52,015 nucleotides of DNA from an uncultured Verrucomicrobiota bacterium (GCA_903844265.1 CAIMTB010000629.1:1-52015), one strand, 5' to 3'; counted from the stretch's first letter, positions 41,072-51,469 are shown. A program made the numbers and translations. The notes: generated by a model not told the origin, from the letters alone.

Positions 41072-44038
41072 ATGCATCCTCCAGCAAGCTCCACTCCCGG
41101 CCGCCACGTCTTCGTCCCGTGGTTTCTCCTCCTCTGTCTCGCCACGCTTCCAACTGCCGCGGCCCTGCCCCCCACCGAGGTTCCCACGCTCCAGTTCACG
41201 AACGCTTTCTTTCCAGGCATCACCTACCAGGCATCGATCCCAACTCCCGGATCCATCCTCGGGTTTCCCACCGCAGACCGCGCCGCCACGTCCCTCGAAA
41301 TCGAGCGCTGCCTCCGTGTCTGGACCAACGCCGCCCCCGACCGGGCCCGCCTCGTCGAATACGCGCGGACCCACGAGAATCGTCCCCTCCACTATCTCGT
41401 GCTCGCCTCGCCCGCGAACCTCGCCCGGCTCGACGATGTCAGCGCCGACCTCGCGAAGCTCGCCGACCCGCGGTCGATCTCCGAGCCCGACGCAGCCCGA
41501 CTCATCGAGCGCGTCCCCGGCGTTGTCTGGCTCGGCCACACCATCCACGGCGATGAAACCGAAGGCTCCGACGCCGCGCTGGTGATCATCCACCATCTCC
41601 TCGCTGCGCAGGATCCGTCGGTGACGAAACTGTTCGAGAACCTGGTCGTCATCGTCGATCCGTTGATGAACCCGGACGGTCGCGACCGCTTCCTGAAGAT
41701 GATCGCCGAACACCGGGGGACCTCGCCCAACCTCGACGACCAATCGCTGCTTCATTCCGGCTACTGGCCCTGGGGCCGTGGCAACCATTACCTCTTCGAT
41801 CTCAACCGCGACCTGCTCTTCGCTGAACAGCCCGAAAGCCGGGGTCGCATCCGCGAAATCTCACGGTGGAACCCCATCGTCCTGATCGACGCCCACGGCA
41901 TGGGCGCCCAGGACACCCACCTGTTCTCCCCTCCACGCGAACCCATCAACCCCAATATCCCCACCCACCGCCGCACCTGGTCCCAGGTCTTCGCCTCGGA
42001 ACAGGCCACCGCCTTCGACCGACGCGGGCTGGCCTATTACACCGGCGAATGGAACGAGGACTGGTACCCCGGCTACACCGACGGCTGGGCCTGCTACCGC
42101 GGCGCCATCGGCATCCTCTACGAACAGGCCCGCATCGCCGCCGACGGAGTCCGCCGACCCGAGGGCCGCATCCTCAGCTACCGCGAATCCGTCCTCCACC
42201 ACGTGGTCGGCGCAATGGCCAATCTCGGGACCGCCTCCGCCAACGCACGCAGTCTCCTCACCGGATTTCATGCGACCCGGCGCGACGCCGTCGATCCGCA
42301 GGGACGCTACGCCCAGCGCACTTTCGCGATCCCACCCTCGGCCAATCTCTCACGCTGGCGCGACTTCGCCGCGCTCCTCCAGCTTCAGGGATTCGAGGTC
42401 TACACCAACACCACGGGGTTGACGTCCACCAACGCCTCCGACCAGCTCGGCGAGGCCCTCAAGGAGCTCCAACTCCCACCCGGCACCCTCCTCGTCCCCA
42501 ACCGCCAACCCCTCGCCCACCTCCTCGCCGCGTTCCTCGACTTCGATCCCAGGATGCCCACGACATCGGTCCAGGAAGAACGCCGCGAACTCCTGCAGCG
42601 CGGCACAAGCCGCATCTACGACATCACCGCATGGAACCTCTCCATGGCCTACGGCCTCCCCGCATTCCTGCTCCCCACCGACCTCCCCCAGGACTCCCGT
42701 CCCTACACCGCCACCACGGGACAAACCCCGGCCACCGCCCCCCCGAACCCGGTCGCCTGGGTGTTCGATGGTGCCGATGACCAAAGTCCCGCCGCCGCCG
42801 CCCGCCTGCTCGAACGCGGCGTCCAGGTCCGCGTCGCCGAGAAAAGCTTCACCTTCGACGGCCACGATTTCGCCCGCGGCTCCATCCTCGTCACCCGCCT
42901 CGACAACCGCACTTTCACCGGCGATCTGACCGCCCAGATCGCCCGCACCGCCAGCGAACTCGACCTCGCCGCCCTTGCCGTCGCCTCAGGCCTCGGCCCC
43001 GGCGATCTCCCAGACCTCGGCGGCGGTTACTTCCACCGGCTCGAACCCCCTCGCATCGCCACGCTCGGCCGCGACGGCGCGAATTGCACCGACTACGGAT
43101 CGATCTGGTTCACCCTCGATCAACGGCTCGGCATCCGACACTCCCAACTCGACGCGACGCGTGGCACCGACTTCGCCCGATATAATGTGATCATCGTCCC
43201 CGAACGCTCGAGCGCCGACCCCTCGACCCTCGCGGGCCCGCTCAAGGAATGGGTCCAGGCCGGTGGCACACTCGTCGTCATAGGCTCCTCCACCGCCCCG
43301 TTCATCAACGAAAAAGCCGATTTCTCAAAGGTTCGAGCCCTCTCCGATGTCCTCGGAAAACTCCCCGACTACGAATTGGCCGTGCTCCGCGAATGGCAGG
43401 GCCGCGCCTCCATCTCCCCAGACCCCACCAACGTCTGGACCCATGTCCCGCCCACTCGACTCGAGTATCCCTGGCAGGTCGTCGATGGGCCGCACCCGGA
43501 TGAAAAGGAACTCAAGAAACGCGACGCCTGGCAGTCGTTGTTCATGCCCGAGGGCTCGTTCTTCGCCACCCGCATCGACACCAACCACTGGCTCACCGCC
43601 GGCTGCCCCGAACCCCTCCCCGTCCTCGCCGGTCGCAACCCCATCCTCATGGCCGCCGACTCTGTCGAAGCCCCCATCCGCTTCGGCCTCCTCACACCCG
43701 CCCCCAACAACACCCCCGCACTCCCCAAAATCGACCCGAAAGACCCGAAGGATTCCAAGGATTCCAAGGATTCCAAGGAACCGCCCCGGTTGGGATGGAG
43801 CGCCCTTCCCCCGGGCACTCGGATGCAGCTTCGCATGAGCGGGTTGGTGTGGCCCGAAGCCACGCATCGGTACGCGAACTCCGCGTGGGTCACCCGCGAA
43901 TCCCTTGGTCGCGGACAGGTGATTCTCTTCGCGTCCCCGCCCACGTTCCGAGCCGGCTCCCGAGGAACCACGCGCGTCTTTCTCAACGCCGTCGTGCTCG
44001 GCCCGGGACTCGGTGCCAATACCCCGATCCACCCCTGA
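41072..44038 (+). CDS. Secreted M14-family zinc carboxypeptidase-like protein
   Basis: Signal peptide; IHGDE (HxxE), NPDGRDR, GRGNHY.FDLNRD, DAHGM, LYEQ; C-terminal GATase-like region. Confidence 0.88.
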   Translation: MHPPASSTPGRHVFVPWFLLLCLATLPTAAALPPTEVPTLQFTNAFFPGITYQASIPTPGSILGFPTADRAATSLEIERCLRVWTNAAPDRARLVEYARTHENRPLHYLVLASPANLARLDDVSADLAKLADPRSISEPDAARLIERVPGVVWLGHTIHGDETEGSDAALVIIHHLLAAQDPSVTKLFENLVVIVDPLMNPDGRDRFLKMIAEHRGTSPNLDDQSLLHSGYWPWGRGNHYLFDLNRDLLFAEQPESRGRIREISRWNPIVLIDAHGMGAQDTHLFSPPREPINPNIPTHRRTWSQVFASEQATAFDRRGLAYYTGEWNEDWYPGYTDGWACYRGAIGILYEQARIAADGVRRPEGRILSYRESVLHHVVGAMANLGTASANARSLLTGFHATRRDAVDPQGRYAQRTFAIPPSANLSRWRDFAALLQLQGFEVYTNTTGLTSTNASDQLGEALKELQLPPGTLLVPNRQPLAHLLAAFLDFDPRMPTTSVQEERRELLQRGTSRIYDITAWNLSMAYGLPAFLLPTDLPQDSRPYTATTGQTPATAPPNPVAWVFDGADDQSPAAAARLLERGVQVRVAEKSFTFDGHDFARGSILVTRLDNRTFTGDLTAQIARTASELDLAALAVASGLGPGDLPDLGGGYFHRLEPPRIATLGRDGANCTDYGSIWFTLDQRLGIRHSQLDATRGTDFARYNVIIVPERSSADPSTLAGPLKEWVQAGGTLVVIGSSTAPFINEKADFSKVRALSDVLGKLPDYELAVLREWQGRASISPDPTNVWTHVPPTRLEYPWQVVDGPHPDEKELKKRDAWQSLFMPEGSFFATRIDTNHWLTAGCPEPLPVLAGRNPILMAADSVEAPIRFGLLTPAPNNTPALPKIDPKDPKDSKDSKDSKEPPRLGWSALPPGTRMQLRMSGLVWPEATHRYANSAWVTRESLGRGQVILFASPPTFRAGSRGTTRVFLNAVVLGPGLGANTPIHP
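43733..43777 (+). repeat. In-frame 9-bp tandem repeat (DPK)2(DSK)3
   Basis: GACCCGAAA GACCCGAAG GATTCCAAG GATTCCAAG GATTCCAAG. Confidence 0.85.
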
Positions 44039-44097
44039 CCCAGGTTCCGCCCCAGAACTCTCGCCATCGCCACATCCGCCGGCTTCATTGGCTGCCC

Positions 44098-45141
44098 GTG
44101 AAGCCCGCCTCAGGTCATCGCCCCTCCGTGCCACGACGGCTCGCATTCCTCGCCGCACTCCTCTTCACCGGCTGCCACTCGCTCGCCCCAGTGAGCCGCA
44201 TGCACGTGCGCGAGGATCCCGACACCGGCCTCGCACAGATCTTCGACAGGTTCACACCCGTCCTCACCTACCAGCACGGCACCAACGCGCCAGGCCCGGT
44301 GCTCGACCGCATCCACCCCGACAACCGGAAATACGCCATCGCGCGTTCCGATTACCTGCACCCCCTCTTCGGACCCGAAGGCGAATCGCTCACCCGCGAC
44401 TGGTCCATCGATCATCCGCATCATCGCGGCATCTACTGGGCCTGGCCCGAGGTCGATTGCGCCGGCGTGCGAGGCGATCTGCATGCGCTTCAGCGCATAT
44501 TCGCGAATCCCATCGGGACGATCCAAGCAATCGACGGATCCGAGCGCGCCGAAATGATCGCCGAAAGCGTGTGGGTCCTCGACCATCCGGTCGGCGGCAC
44601 GAACGTCTCTCCTCACGCGCCGGTCCTTCTGGAAAGAGTTCTGATCCGCGCCTCAACACCTGACCCGGACACCCGGGGCCGCGCGGTCGACCTCTTCCTG
44701 CGATTCCAATCCCTTGGCGAAACCGTCGTCATCGCCCGACGCGAGACCGACAAATACGGCGGCCTGAACATCCGGCTGGCGCCGATCCGCAACCAGATCC
44801 TGCGCCCGCACACCGATCCGGCCGGGACAGCGCACCCCGCGGCCTGGGCCCAGATCAGCGGCATCTTCGAGGGCGCAACGAAACCCGCGACGCTGGTGAT
44901 TCTCCAACATTCGCAGAATCCCCAGTATCCCGGCGACTGGGTCCAATACCCCGACCTCAACTGGCTCCAACCCACCTTCCCCGCGGCGCACGCCCGCTAC
45001 ACCATCGACCCTTCCCATCCGCTCACGCTGGCCTACCGCTTCTGGATCCGGCCCGGGGACGCGGTCACGGACGACGATGCGCGCAGGCTGTGGGAGGATT
45101 TCCAGCGCGTCCGAATCCCTCGTTCCCTCCAGAAACCATGA
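44098..45141 (+). CDS. DUF6807 ('PmoA'-annotated) family lipoprotein
   Basis: Lipobox LLFTGC; RSDYLHPL.GP.G..LT.D...DHPHHRGIYWAW, YGGLNIR; GTG start at 44098 or 44128. Confidence 0.75.
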   Translation: MKPASGHRPSVPRRLAFLAALLFTGCHSLAPVSRMHVREDPDTGLAQIFDRFTPVLTYQHGTNAPGPVLDRIHPDNRKYAIARSDYLHPLFGPEGESLTRDWSIDHPHHRGIYWAWPEVDCAGVRGDLHALQRIFANPIGTIQAIDGSERAEMIAESVWVLDHPVGGTNVSPHAPVLLERVLIRASTPDPDTRGRAVDLFLRFQSLGETVVIARRETDKYGGLNIRLAPIRNQILRPHTDPAGTAHPAAWAQISGIFEGATKPATLVILQHSQNPQYPGDWVQYPDLNWLQPTFPAAHARYTIDPSHPLTLAYRFWIRPGDAVTDDDARRLWEDFQRVRIPRSLQKP

Positions 45142-46469
45142 ACCCACCGACCTCACGCCGCACCTTCGTCACCACCGCCGCCGCCGCGACGCTCGGTGTC
45201 CGGAACCTCGCGGCCGCCACCCGCCCCGACGTCGCGCGACGCGCGCCCCCGAGCGAACGCATCCGGCTCGCCCTGATCGGCGCCAACGGCATGGGCCGCG
45301 CCAACCTCGCGAACTGCTCAAACCAGCCCGACGTCGTCGTCGCCGCCATCTGCGACGTCTCGAAGCAGCGCCGCGAAGAAGTCGCCGCACAATTCCCCGG
45401 GACGGCCCGCGCCCACGCGGATTTCAGGGAGGTGCTCGACCGCCCGGACATCGATGCCGTGATCATCGCCACGCCGCCGCATTGGCACGCCGCCATCGCC
45501 GTCGCCGCCGCCCAGGCAGGGAAGGATGTCTACCTGCAGAAACCGATGACGCTGTACCCGGACGAAACCCTCGCTGTCCGGAACGCCTTCCGCCGTCATC
45601 AAGTCATCAGCCAGGTCGGCACCCAGATCCACGCCAGCGAAAATTATCGGCGGGTCGTCGAATGGATCCGCTCCGGTCGCCTCGGGCCCGTCAACGTCGT
45701 GCGCACGTTCAACGTGATGAACCAGGGTCCCGACGGCATCGGCCGATCGTCCACCTCGACACCGCCGCCCGGTGTTGATTGGGAGATGTGGCTCGGCCCC
45801 GCCCCAGCCCGGCCGTTCAACGAGCTGCTGTTCCGCGATGCCTACAACCATTGTTCCTTCTGGGATTACTCGGGCGGTTGGACCCCGGGGATGGCGCCGC
45901 ACATCGTGGACCTACCGATCTGGGCTCTCGACCTCGGGGTTCCGCTGGTGACACACAGCACCGGGGGCCGTTTCGTGGTGAAGGACGATGGCGATGCGCC
46001 CGACACCCAGGAAGTGGTCTGGCAGTATCCGGCAACGACCATGACCTGGTCGATGAACACCGTGAACAGCTTCGGCTTCGACTTCGGCCGAGGCAATCGC
46101 GACCGTCGGCTCGGGATCTATTTCCATGCCCTCCGGGGCACGCTGTTCACCGGCTATGACCACCACGAAATCATCGCCGAGGGCGACCTGCTGAAGGATC
46201 TGTCGCCACCGCCGAAATCGCTGCCACCTTCCCCGGGCCACGAGCGGGAGTGGCTCGACTGCGTCAAGTCAAGGCGCGCGCCGAGTTGCTGCGTGGACTA
46301 CCACTGGCGGGTCGATCTCGCCCTGACCCTCGCGAACCTTTCGTACAAGCTCGGTCGCAGCATCCGGTTCGACCCGAAGACGGAGAAGATCGTGGGAGAT
46401 TCCGAGGCCAGGCGAAGGGCGCGGCCGGAGTACCGCCGACCCTGGCGTTTCCCGTCTGAATATCTCTAA
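45138..46469 (+). CDS. Tat-exported Gfo/Idh/MocA oxidoreductase
   Basis: SRRTFV Tat motif, LIGANGMG, IDAVIIATPPHWH, AGKDVYLQKP, DWEMWLGPAP; ATGA overlap with the upstream gene. Confidence 0.92.
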   Translation: MNPPTSRRTFVTTAAAATLGVRNLAAATRPDVARRAPPSERIRLALIGANGMGRANLANCSNQPDVVVAAICDVSKQRREEVAAQFPGTARAHADFREVLDRPDIDAVIIATPPHWHAAIAVAAAQAGKDVYLQKPMTLYPDETLAVRNAFRRHQVISQVGTQIHASENYRRVVEWIRSGRLGPVNVVRTFNVMNQGPDGIGRSSTSTPPPGVDWEMWLGPAPARPFNELLFRDAYNHCSFWDYSGGWTPGMAPHIVDLPIWALDLGVPLVTHSTGGRFVVKDDGDAPDTQEVVWQYPATTMTWSMNTVNSFGFDFGRGNRDRRLGIYFHALRGTLFTGYDHHEIIAEGDLLKDLSPPPKSLPPSPGHEREWLDCVKSRRAPSCCVDYHWRVDLALTLANLSYKLGRSIRFDPKTEKIVGDSEARRRARPEYRRPWRFPSEYL

Positions 46470-46483
46470 CCCGTCAAGAAAAC

Positions 46484-46559
46484 CGTAGCAGCCGACGTCA
46501 GGAGACTCCAATTCGATCCAAACACCAACGAACGGAGCCTCCTCACGTCGGCTGCTACG
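46484..46559. repeat. REP doublet (family E) between convergent genes
   Basis: CGTAGCAGCCGACGTCAGGAGACTCC (46484-46509) and GGAGCCTCCTCACGTCGGCTGCTACG (46534-46559): inverted, 24/26, GTAG-capped. Confidence 0.88.
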
Positions 46560-46575
46560 ACGGACAGGGCGGAGG

Positions 46576-47220
46576 TCACTGTCCGTTCACGCCCGTGACA
46601 CAGCTCCAGAGGAAGCGGATGACACGGCGGAGAACAGGCTGCAGCTCGTCGGTGGGCTGCAGGTCCGGAACCGCCGGACCGACCACCTGGGGAAAGCGGA
46701 TCTTCGAACGGACGAGGAGCGTGCCCAGGCAGAGATCGGCGAGGGGGAACACCACGTTGAAGTTCTTGTGCATGTACCGGTGGTGCAGGATGTGGTGGCC
46801 GTTCAACCGGAAGAAGATTCCGGACCGCTCCAGCGAACGCCTGCGGGGAAGGTGCATGCACCAGTGCAGATACTCGTAGGTGCCGTAATACACGGCGAAC
46901 GTCGCCGAGGCACCCGCCAGAAGGGCCCAGTGACCCGAGATCCAAGCCCAGGCGACGAACGGCACGCAGCACAGGAACACCAGCACCGGACCGTTCCACC
47001 ACGCCATCGGGATGGTCTCCTTGTCCTTCTCGTCCAGCAGATGATACGACGCATCCGCCCGGAAAATCTGGTGATGCACGAGGGCATGAGTCCGAAACGC
47101 ATACTCCATCGGCCCCAGCGGGCGGTGCATCAGGAACTTGTGGACCGTCCATTCGAAGAAGGACGCAAACACAACGGCAGGGATGACCGCCAACGCGGCC
47201 CAGTACAGGAATTCGATCAT
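46576..47220 (-). CDS. Fatty acid hydroxylase/sterol desaturase family membrane protein
   Basis: Four His boxes: HKFLMH, HALVHH, HWCMH, HHILHH; NFNVV.PLAD..LGT; start ATG 47220. Confidence 0.88.
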   Translation of the reverse strand: MIEFLYWAALAVIPAVVFASFFEWTVHKFLMHRPLGPMEYAFRTHALVHHQIFRADASYHLLDEKDKETIPMAWWNGPVLVFLCCVPFVAWAWISGHWALLAGASATFAVYYGTYEYLHWCMHLPRRRSLERSGIFFRLNGHHILHHRYMHKNFNVVFPLADLCLGTLLVRSKIRFPQVVGPAVPDLQPTDELQPVLRRVIRFLWSCVTGVNGQ

Positions 47221-47339
47221 TGCTTGAGATATGGGAACCGCCGAAACTCGAGGACCGGCAGCGCGGGGAACGTACAGGCTCACCCGGGCTTCACGCAATC
47301 GATCATTTTGGATGAGGCGCGAGCGCTGTGACGCACAGG

Positions 47340-47519
47340 TTGTGGACGGCAGGGCGCGCACTCCGCTGCGCGCCGTCCTTGCGGACACACCCAAGCACGG
47401 CGCCCTCGGATAGGCCGCCGCACCACCGACAACGGGGAAATGCACTGCGCACTCCGCTGCGCCATCGGGTGACAACGAACGCGCGGCGGGCAAGGGACTG
47501 CCCGCCCTACCTCCTGACT
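47340..47519. repeat. REP/REPIN-like family A, copy 4 (longest; two doublets, BIME-like)
   Basis: GGGCGCGCACTCCGCTGCGCGCC / GGCGCCCTCGGATAGGCCGCC / TGCGCACTCCGCTGCGCC / GGCGGGCAAGGGACTGCCCGCCCTAC-CTCCTGACT. Confidence 0.82.
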
Positions 47520-47541
47520 ATGGCGAAACTGGCGGCGCCGA

Positions 47542-48717
47542 TCAGTGCTTCAGGCCGCGCACAAACTTGTCCAAGCGGTCCAGGCCCTTCTCGATGTTCG
47601 CGAGGCTCGTTGCATAACTGATCCGCAGGTAGTCGTCCGCGCCGAACGCAACGCCCGGCACCGCCGCCACCTTCTCCTGCTCCAGCAGTCTCGCGCAGAA
47701 ATCCGCGCTCTTCAGGCCTGTCCCGCTGATGTTCGGGAAAAGGTAGAATGCGCCCTTGCTGTTCACGCAGCTGATGCCGGGAATGCTGTTCAACTTCTGC
47801 CACGCGTACGATCGCCGGCGCGCATACTCGGCCAGCCATCGGGGCAGGTGCTCCTGCGATCCCGTCAACGCCGCCACGGCGCCCTTCTGCGCGAAGCTGG
47901 TCGGGTTGCTCGTGCTATGGCTCTGCAACGCGTCGATCGCCTTCGCGATCGGCTCCGGCGCCGCCAGGAATCCAAGCCTCCAACCCGTCATGCTCCAGGC
48001 CTTCGCGAACCCATGCACAATCACGGTGTGCTCCTGGTACTCCGGTCCAAAACTCGCGACGGACTTGTGCACCGCACCGTCATAGAGCAGGTGCTCGTAG
48101 ATCTCGTCGCTCATGATCAACAGCCCCTTCTCGATGCAGACATCGCCCAGGGCCTTGATCTCTTCCGGCGTGTAGACGCTTCCCGTCGGGTTGCTCGGCG
48201 AATTCAACACGAACAACCGCGACTTCGGCGTGATCGCCGCCCGCAACTGATCCGGCGTGACCTTGAACTCCGTCCTGTCCGTGGTCTCGAGCACCACCGG
48301 CGTCGCCCCCGCCAGCTTCACCATCTCGGGGTAGCTCAACCAGTACGGCGACGGGATCAGCACCTCGTCCCCTTCCTGGCAGGTCGCCAGGATGACGTTG
48401 AAACACGAATGCTTGCCGCCGCACGACACGATCACCTGGCTCGGCTTGTAGGTCAGCCCGTTCTCGCGCTTCAACTTGTCCGCAATGGCCTGCCGCAACT
48501 CCGGGATGCCGCTCGACGGCGTGTACTTCGTGAACCCCGCAGCCAACGCGTCGGCCGCCGCTTTCTTGATGTGCTCCGGCGTGTCGAAATCAGGCTCACC
48601 AGCACCGAATCCAACCACGTCCTCGCCCGCGGCCTTCATGGCCTTGGCCTTGGAATCGATCGCGAGGGTCAGTGACGGCGACAGGGATGCAGCGCGGCGC
48701 GCAATGGGATGGTTCAT
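47542..48717 (-). CDS. PLP-dependent aminotransferase class I/II (aspartate aminotransferase, subgroup Ib)
   Basis: GEPDFDTP, KYTPSSGI.ELR, PYW.SY, NSPSNPTG, SDEIY, FAKAWSMTGWRLG, RISYA. Confidence 0.93.
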   Translation of the reverse strand: MNHPIARRAASLSPSLTLAIDSKAKAMKAAGEDVVGFGAGEPDFDTPEHIKKAAADALAAGFTKYTPSSGIPELRQAIADKLKRENGLTYKPSQVIVSCGGKHSCFNVILATCQEGDEVLIPSPYWLSYPEMVKLAGATPVVLETTDRTEFKVTPDQLRAAITPKSRLFVLNSPSNPTGSVYTPEEIKALGDVCIEKGLLIMSDEIYEHLLYDGAVHKSVASFGPEYQEHTVIVHGFAKAWSMTGWRLGFLAAPEPIAKAIDALQSHSTSNPTSFAQKGAVAALTGSQEHLPRWLAEYARRRSYAWQKLNSIPGISCVNSKGAFYLFPNISGTGLKSADFCARLLEQEKVAAVPGVAFGADDYLRISYATSLANIEKGLDRLDKFVRGLKH

Positions 48718-48816
48718 TTCCGTTCAGGTTCGAAAACTGACGGGCGAGGTTAGGGGCCGCCCGGGCCATCGCAAGGCCGTTGTGAAACCAGCAGCCCGCC
48801 TAACATTCGCCATCAA

Positions 48817-50190
48817 TCAAGCAGAACCCACCCGCCGCCAGGTCCACCCCAGCCGACGCCGCGTCCCATCGGTCACTTTCGCCACCTCCCCAACGCGCAA
48901 ACCTTCGACCCAGAAGATCTCACCACCCGATGTCTCCGCCAGAACCCGCCCCCTCCGTTCCCCGGCCGGAACCCGCGCGTTGGTGAACAGGTCCTGCAGC
49001 TTCGCCGAGGCACCGAGCCCGATCGGCTGGAACCGATCCCCAGGCCGCCAATGCCGCACCCGGATCGACGGACCCACCGAATCGGCGTCGAACACCTCCC
49101 CGCTGCCGGCGATGCCCGCCACCCCCTCGCCCACCCTCGCAGTCCAGCCAACGTCGATCCCGCCAAAGCCAAACATCCCGCCGTCACCCGCGAGTTCGAC
49201 GAACTCCTCCTCGAAACGAAACACAGGCTCGTCATGGCCCGCACCCACGGCGCCCACGCGCCCGCCCGGGTCCCGGACAATCCGCCGCCCGGCATCCACC
49301 TGGATGACCCTCCCCGCGCCACACCGCAGCGCCTCGATCAGATCGAAACCCGGCGCGACCCGCATCCGCTCCAACTGCAACCGGACCACGTCGCGCTGCA
49401 CCGCTGTGACGAGCCCCTCGAACGCCACGCCCCGCGGATCCGCCAGCCACGCATCCGCCCATGACTCGACCGCCAGGGCCTGTTCCCGGAGGATGGATTG
49501 CTCCCTCGCCACGACCTTCTCCAGCGCCGGCTGATACCGCTCCCGCAACCACGGAATCAGCTCATGCCGGACCCGGTTCCGAAGAAACGCCGGGTCCGCA
49601 TTTGAAGCGTCGACCCGGAACCTCCATCCGAGGTCCGCCGCCGCTGATCCCAACCGGCTCCGCCGGAATCCCAGCAGCGGCCGCACGAGGACAAGGCCCG
49701 CATCCGCCGGGGACGGGTCGGTCGCCGACATCCCGGACAGCCCCGCGCCACCGCTTCCGCGCAGGAACCGCATCAGGAACAGCTCCGTCTGGTCGTCGGC
49801 GTGGTGGCCCATCGCGATTCGATCACATCCGTGATCCCTGGCCGCCCGTGCGAGAAACGCGTGACGCCAATGCCGCGCGACAGCCTCGAGCGAGTCCCCG
49901 GGTTGGACCGAGTCCGCGACCTCCAGGCTTTCGCAGACGACCCCCAGGCCCAATCGATGGGCTGTCTGCTCGACAAACCGCTGGTCGCCGTCCGATTCCT
50001 CCCCGCGCAACCGGTGGTTGAAATGGGCCACCAGAAGTCTCCAACCGTGGCCGGGAGCCAACGCCACGAGACCCTCGAGCATCACCATCGAATCCAGCCC
50101 GCCCGACACCGCCACGAGGCACGATCCGCCAGCCGGGATCAGCGAAGTGCCCGCCACGGCCTCCTCAAGTTCGAGCAGAAACGGATGCAC
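48817..50190 (-). CDS. tilS: tRNA(Ile)-lysidine synthase
   Basis: VAVSGGLDS PP-loop, HFNH.LR, GHHADDQ.E, RPLL, D.SN....F.RNRVR, R.WRPGDR C-terminal domain; GTG start. Confidence 0.95.
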   Translation of the reverse strand: MHPFLLELEEAVAGTSLIPAGGSCLVAVSGGLDSMVMLEGLVALAPGHGWRLLVAHFNHRLRGEESDGDQRFVEQTAHRLGLGVVCESLEVADSVQPGDSLEAVARHWRHAFLARAARDHGCDRIAMGHHADDQTELFLMRFLRGSGGAGLSGMSATDPSPADAGLVLVRPLLGFRRSRLGSAAADLGWRFRVDASNADPAFLRNRVRHELIPWLRERYQPALEKVVAREQSILREQALAVESWADAWLADPRGVAFEGLVTAVQRDVVRLQLERMRVAPGFDLIEALRCGAGRVIQVDAGRRIVRDPGGRVGAVGAGHDEPVFRFEEEFVELAGDGGMFGFGGIDVGWTARVGEGVAGIAGSGEVFDADSVGPSIRVRHWRPGDRFQPIGLGASAKLQDLFTNARVPAGERRGRVLAETSGGEIFWVEGLRVGEVAKVTDGTRRRLGWTWRRVGSA

Positions 50191-50248
50191 CGCCGCAGAG
50201 TAGGTTGGGTCCGGACCGGCATCCCAGAAAAACGATGCGTCCTCCGGC

Positions 50249-50329
50249 TCTCGGCGGTAGGGCGGCCTCTCCGAGGGCGCCGCGCCTTGTTGCGTCCGCA
50301 GAGGACGGCGCGCAGCGGAGTGCGCGCCC
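50249..50329. repeat. REP/REPIN-like family A, copy 5
   Basis: TCTCGGCG-GTAG-GGCGGCCTCTCCGAGGGCGCC...GGACGGCGCGCAGCGGAGTGCGCGCCC. Confidence 0.82.
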
Positions 50330-50467
50330 CAGCTTTAGCCTTTCACGCCTCGCATCGCGCCCTTACCGTCCGCGGCTCCGCGCTACGGCGCCACGGAAGG
50401 ATCAACGGATCACCCGGATGCATGGCAGCGCGGTCGGTCTCAGTCGGCGCGGAATCCGGAACCCAAT

Positions 50468-51469
50468 ATGGCTGAACGCATCCTGGTCATCGGCAGCAAT
50501 TCGTTCTCGGGGGCGAGCTTCGTGGCTCACGCCCTCGGTGACGGAGCTGACGTCGTCGGCATCAGCCGTTCCCCCGAACCCCATCCCGCGTTCCTTCCGT
50601 ACCGCTGGATCACCGACCCCGCCGTCCTCGCGAGGTTCCGATTCGCCCAACTCGACCTCAACCACGACACCGACCGCATCGCGGCGGAAGTCGCTGAATT
50701 CCGGCCCGATTACGTCGTCAATTTCGCCGCCCAGAGCATGGTCGCTGAAAGTTGGCTGAACCCCGACCACTGGTACCAGACCAACGTCGTCGCCAACGTC
50801 CGACTCCACGAGAAGCTCCGACGCTTCGATTTCATCCGTCGTTATGTCCACGTCTCGACCCCCGAGGTCTACGGCAGCTGCTCCGGCAACGTCACCGAGG
50901 ACGCCCCCTTCAACCCGAGCACGCCCTACGCCGCCTCCCGCGCCGGGTGCGACCTGCACCTGATGACGTTCTTCAAGAACTACAAGTTCCCGGTCGCCTT
51001 CACACGCGCCGCCAACGTCTTCGGCCCGGCCCAGCAACTCTACCGGATCATCCCCAGGACCATCCTTTTCATCCACCTCGGCCGTCGCCTCCAACTCCAC
51101 GGCGGAGGACATTCGGTCCGGTCATTCATCCACATCCGCGACGTCTCCGAAGGCACGCTCCGCGTCGCCCGCAATGGCACGCCCGGCCTCGCCTACCACC
51201 TGTCCACCCGCGTCAACCACTCGATCCGACAGGTGGTCGAACTCGTCTGCCGCAAGATGGGCGCCAACTTCCACGACGTCGTCGAAATCGTCGGGGACCG
51301 ACCCGGCAAGGACGCCGCCTACCTCCTCGACGCCACCCGTGCCCGGCAGACGCTGGGTTGGGACGACAAGATCTCCTTCGAAGCCGGCGTCGACGAAACC
51401 ATCGCCTGGGCCGGGCGCCACCTCGATTCACTCCGTCAACAGCCTCTCGATTACATCCACAGACCGTGA
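50468..51469 (+). CDS. NDP-sugar 4,6-dehydratase (dTDP-glucose/GDP-mannose dehydratase-like extended SDR)
   Basis: IGSNSFSG, NFAAQS.V..SW, HVSTPEVYG, TPYAASR, RSFIHIRDV, DRPGKD..Y. Confidence 0.88.
   Translation: MAERILVIGSNSFSGASFVAHALGDGADVVGISRSPEPHPAFLPYRWITDPAVLARFRFAQLDLNHDTDRIAAEVAEFRPDYVVNFAAQSMVAESWLNPDHWYQTNVVANVRLHEKLRRFDFIRRYVHVSTPEVYGSCSGNVTEDAPFNPSTPYAASRAGCDLHLMTFFKNYKFPVAFTRAANVFGPAQQLYRIIPRTILFIHLGRRLQLHGGGHSVRSFIHIRDVSEGTLRVARNGTPGLAYHLSTRVNHSIRQVVELVCRKMGANFHDVVEIVGDRPGKDAAYLLDATRARQTLGWDDKISFEAGVDETIAWAGRHLDSLRQQPLDYIHRP

Noticed and set aside
44098-45141. Particulate methane monooxygenase PmoA
   Set aside because: Soluble lipoprotein without PmoA transmembrane helices, and no pmoC or pmoB; the name is a family-label artefact
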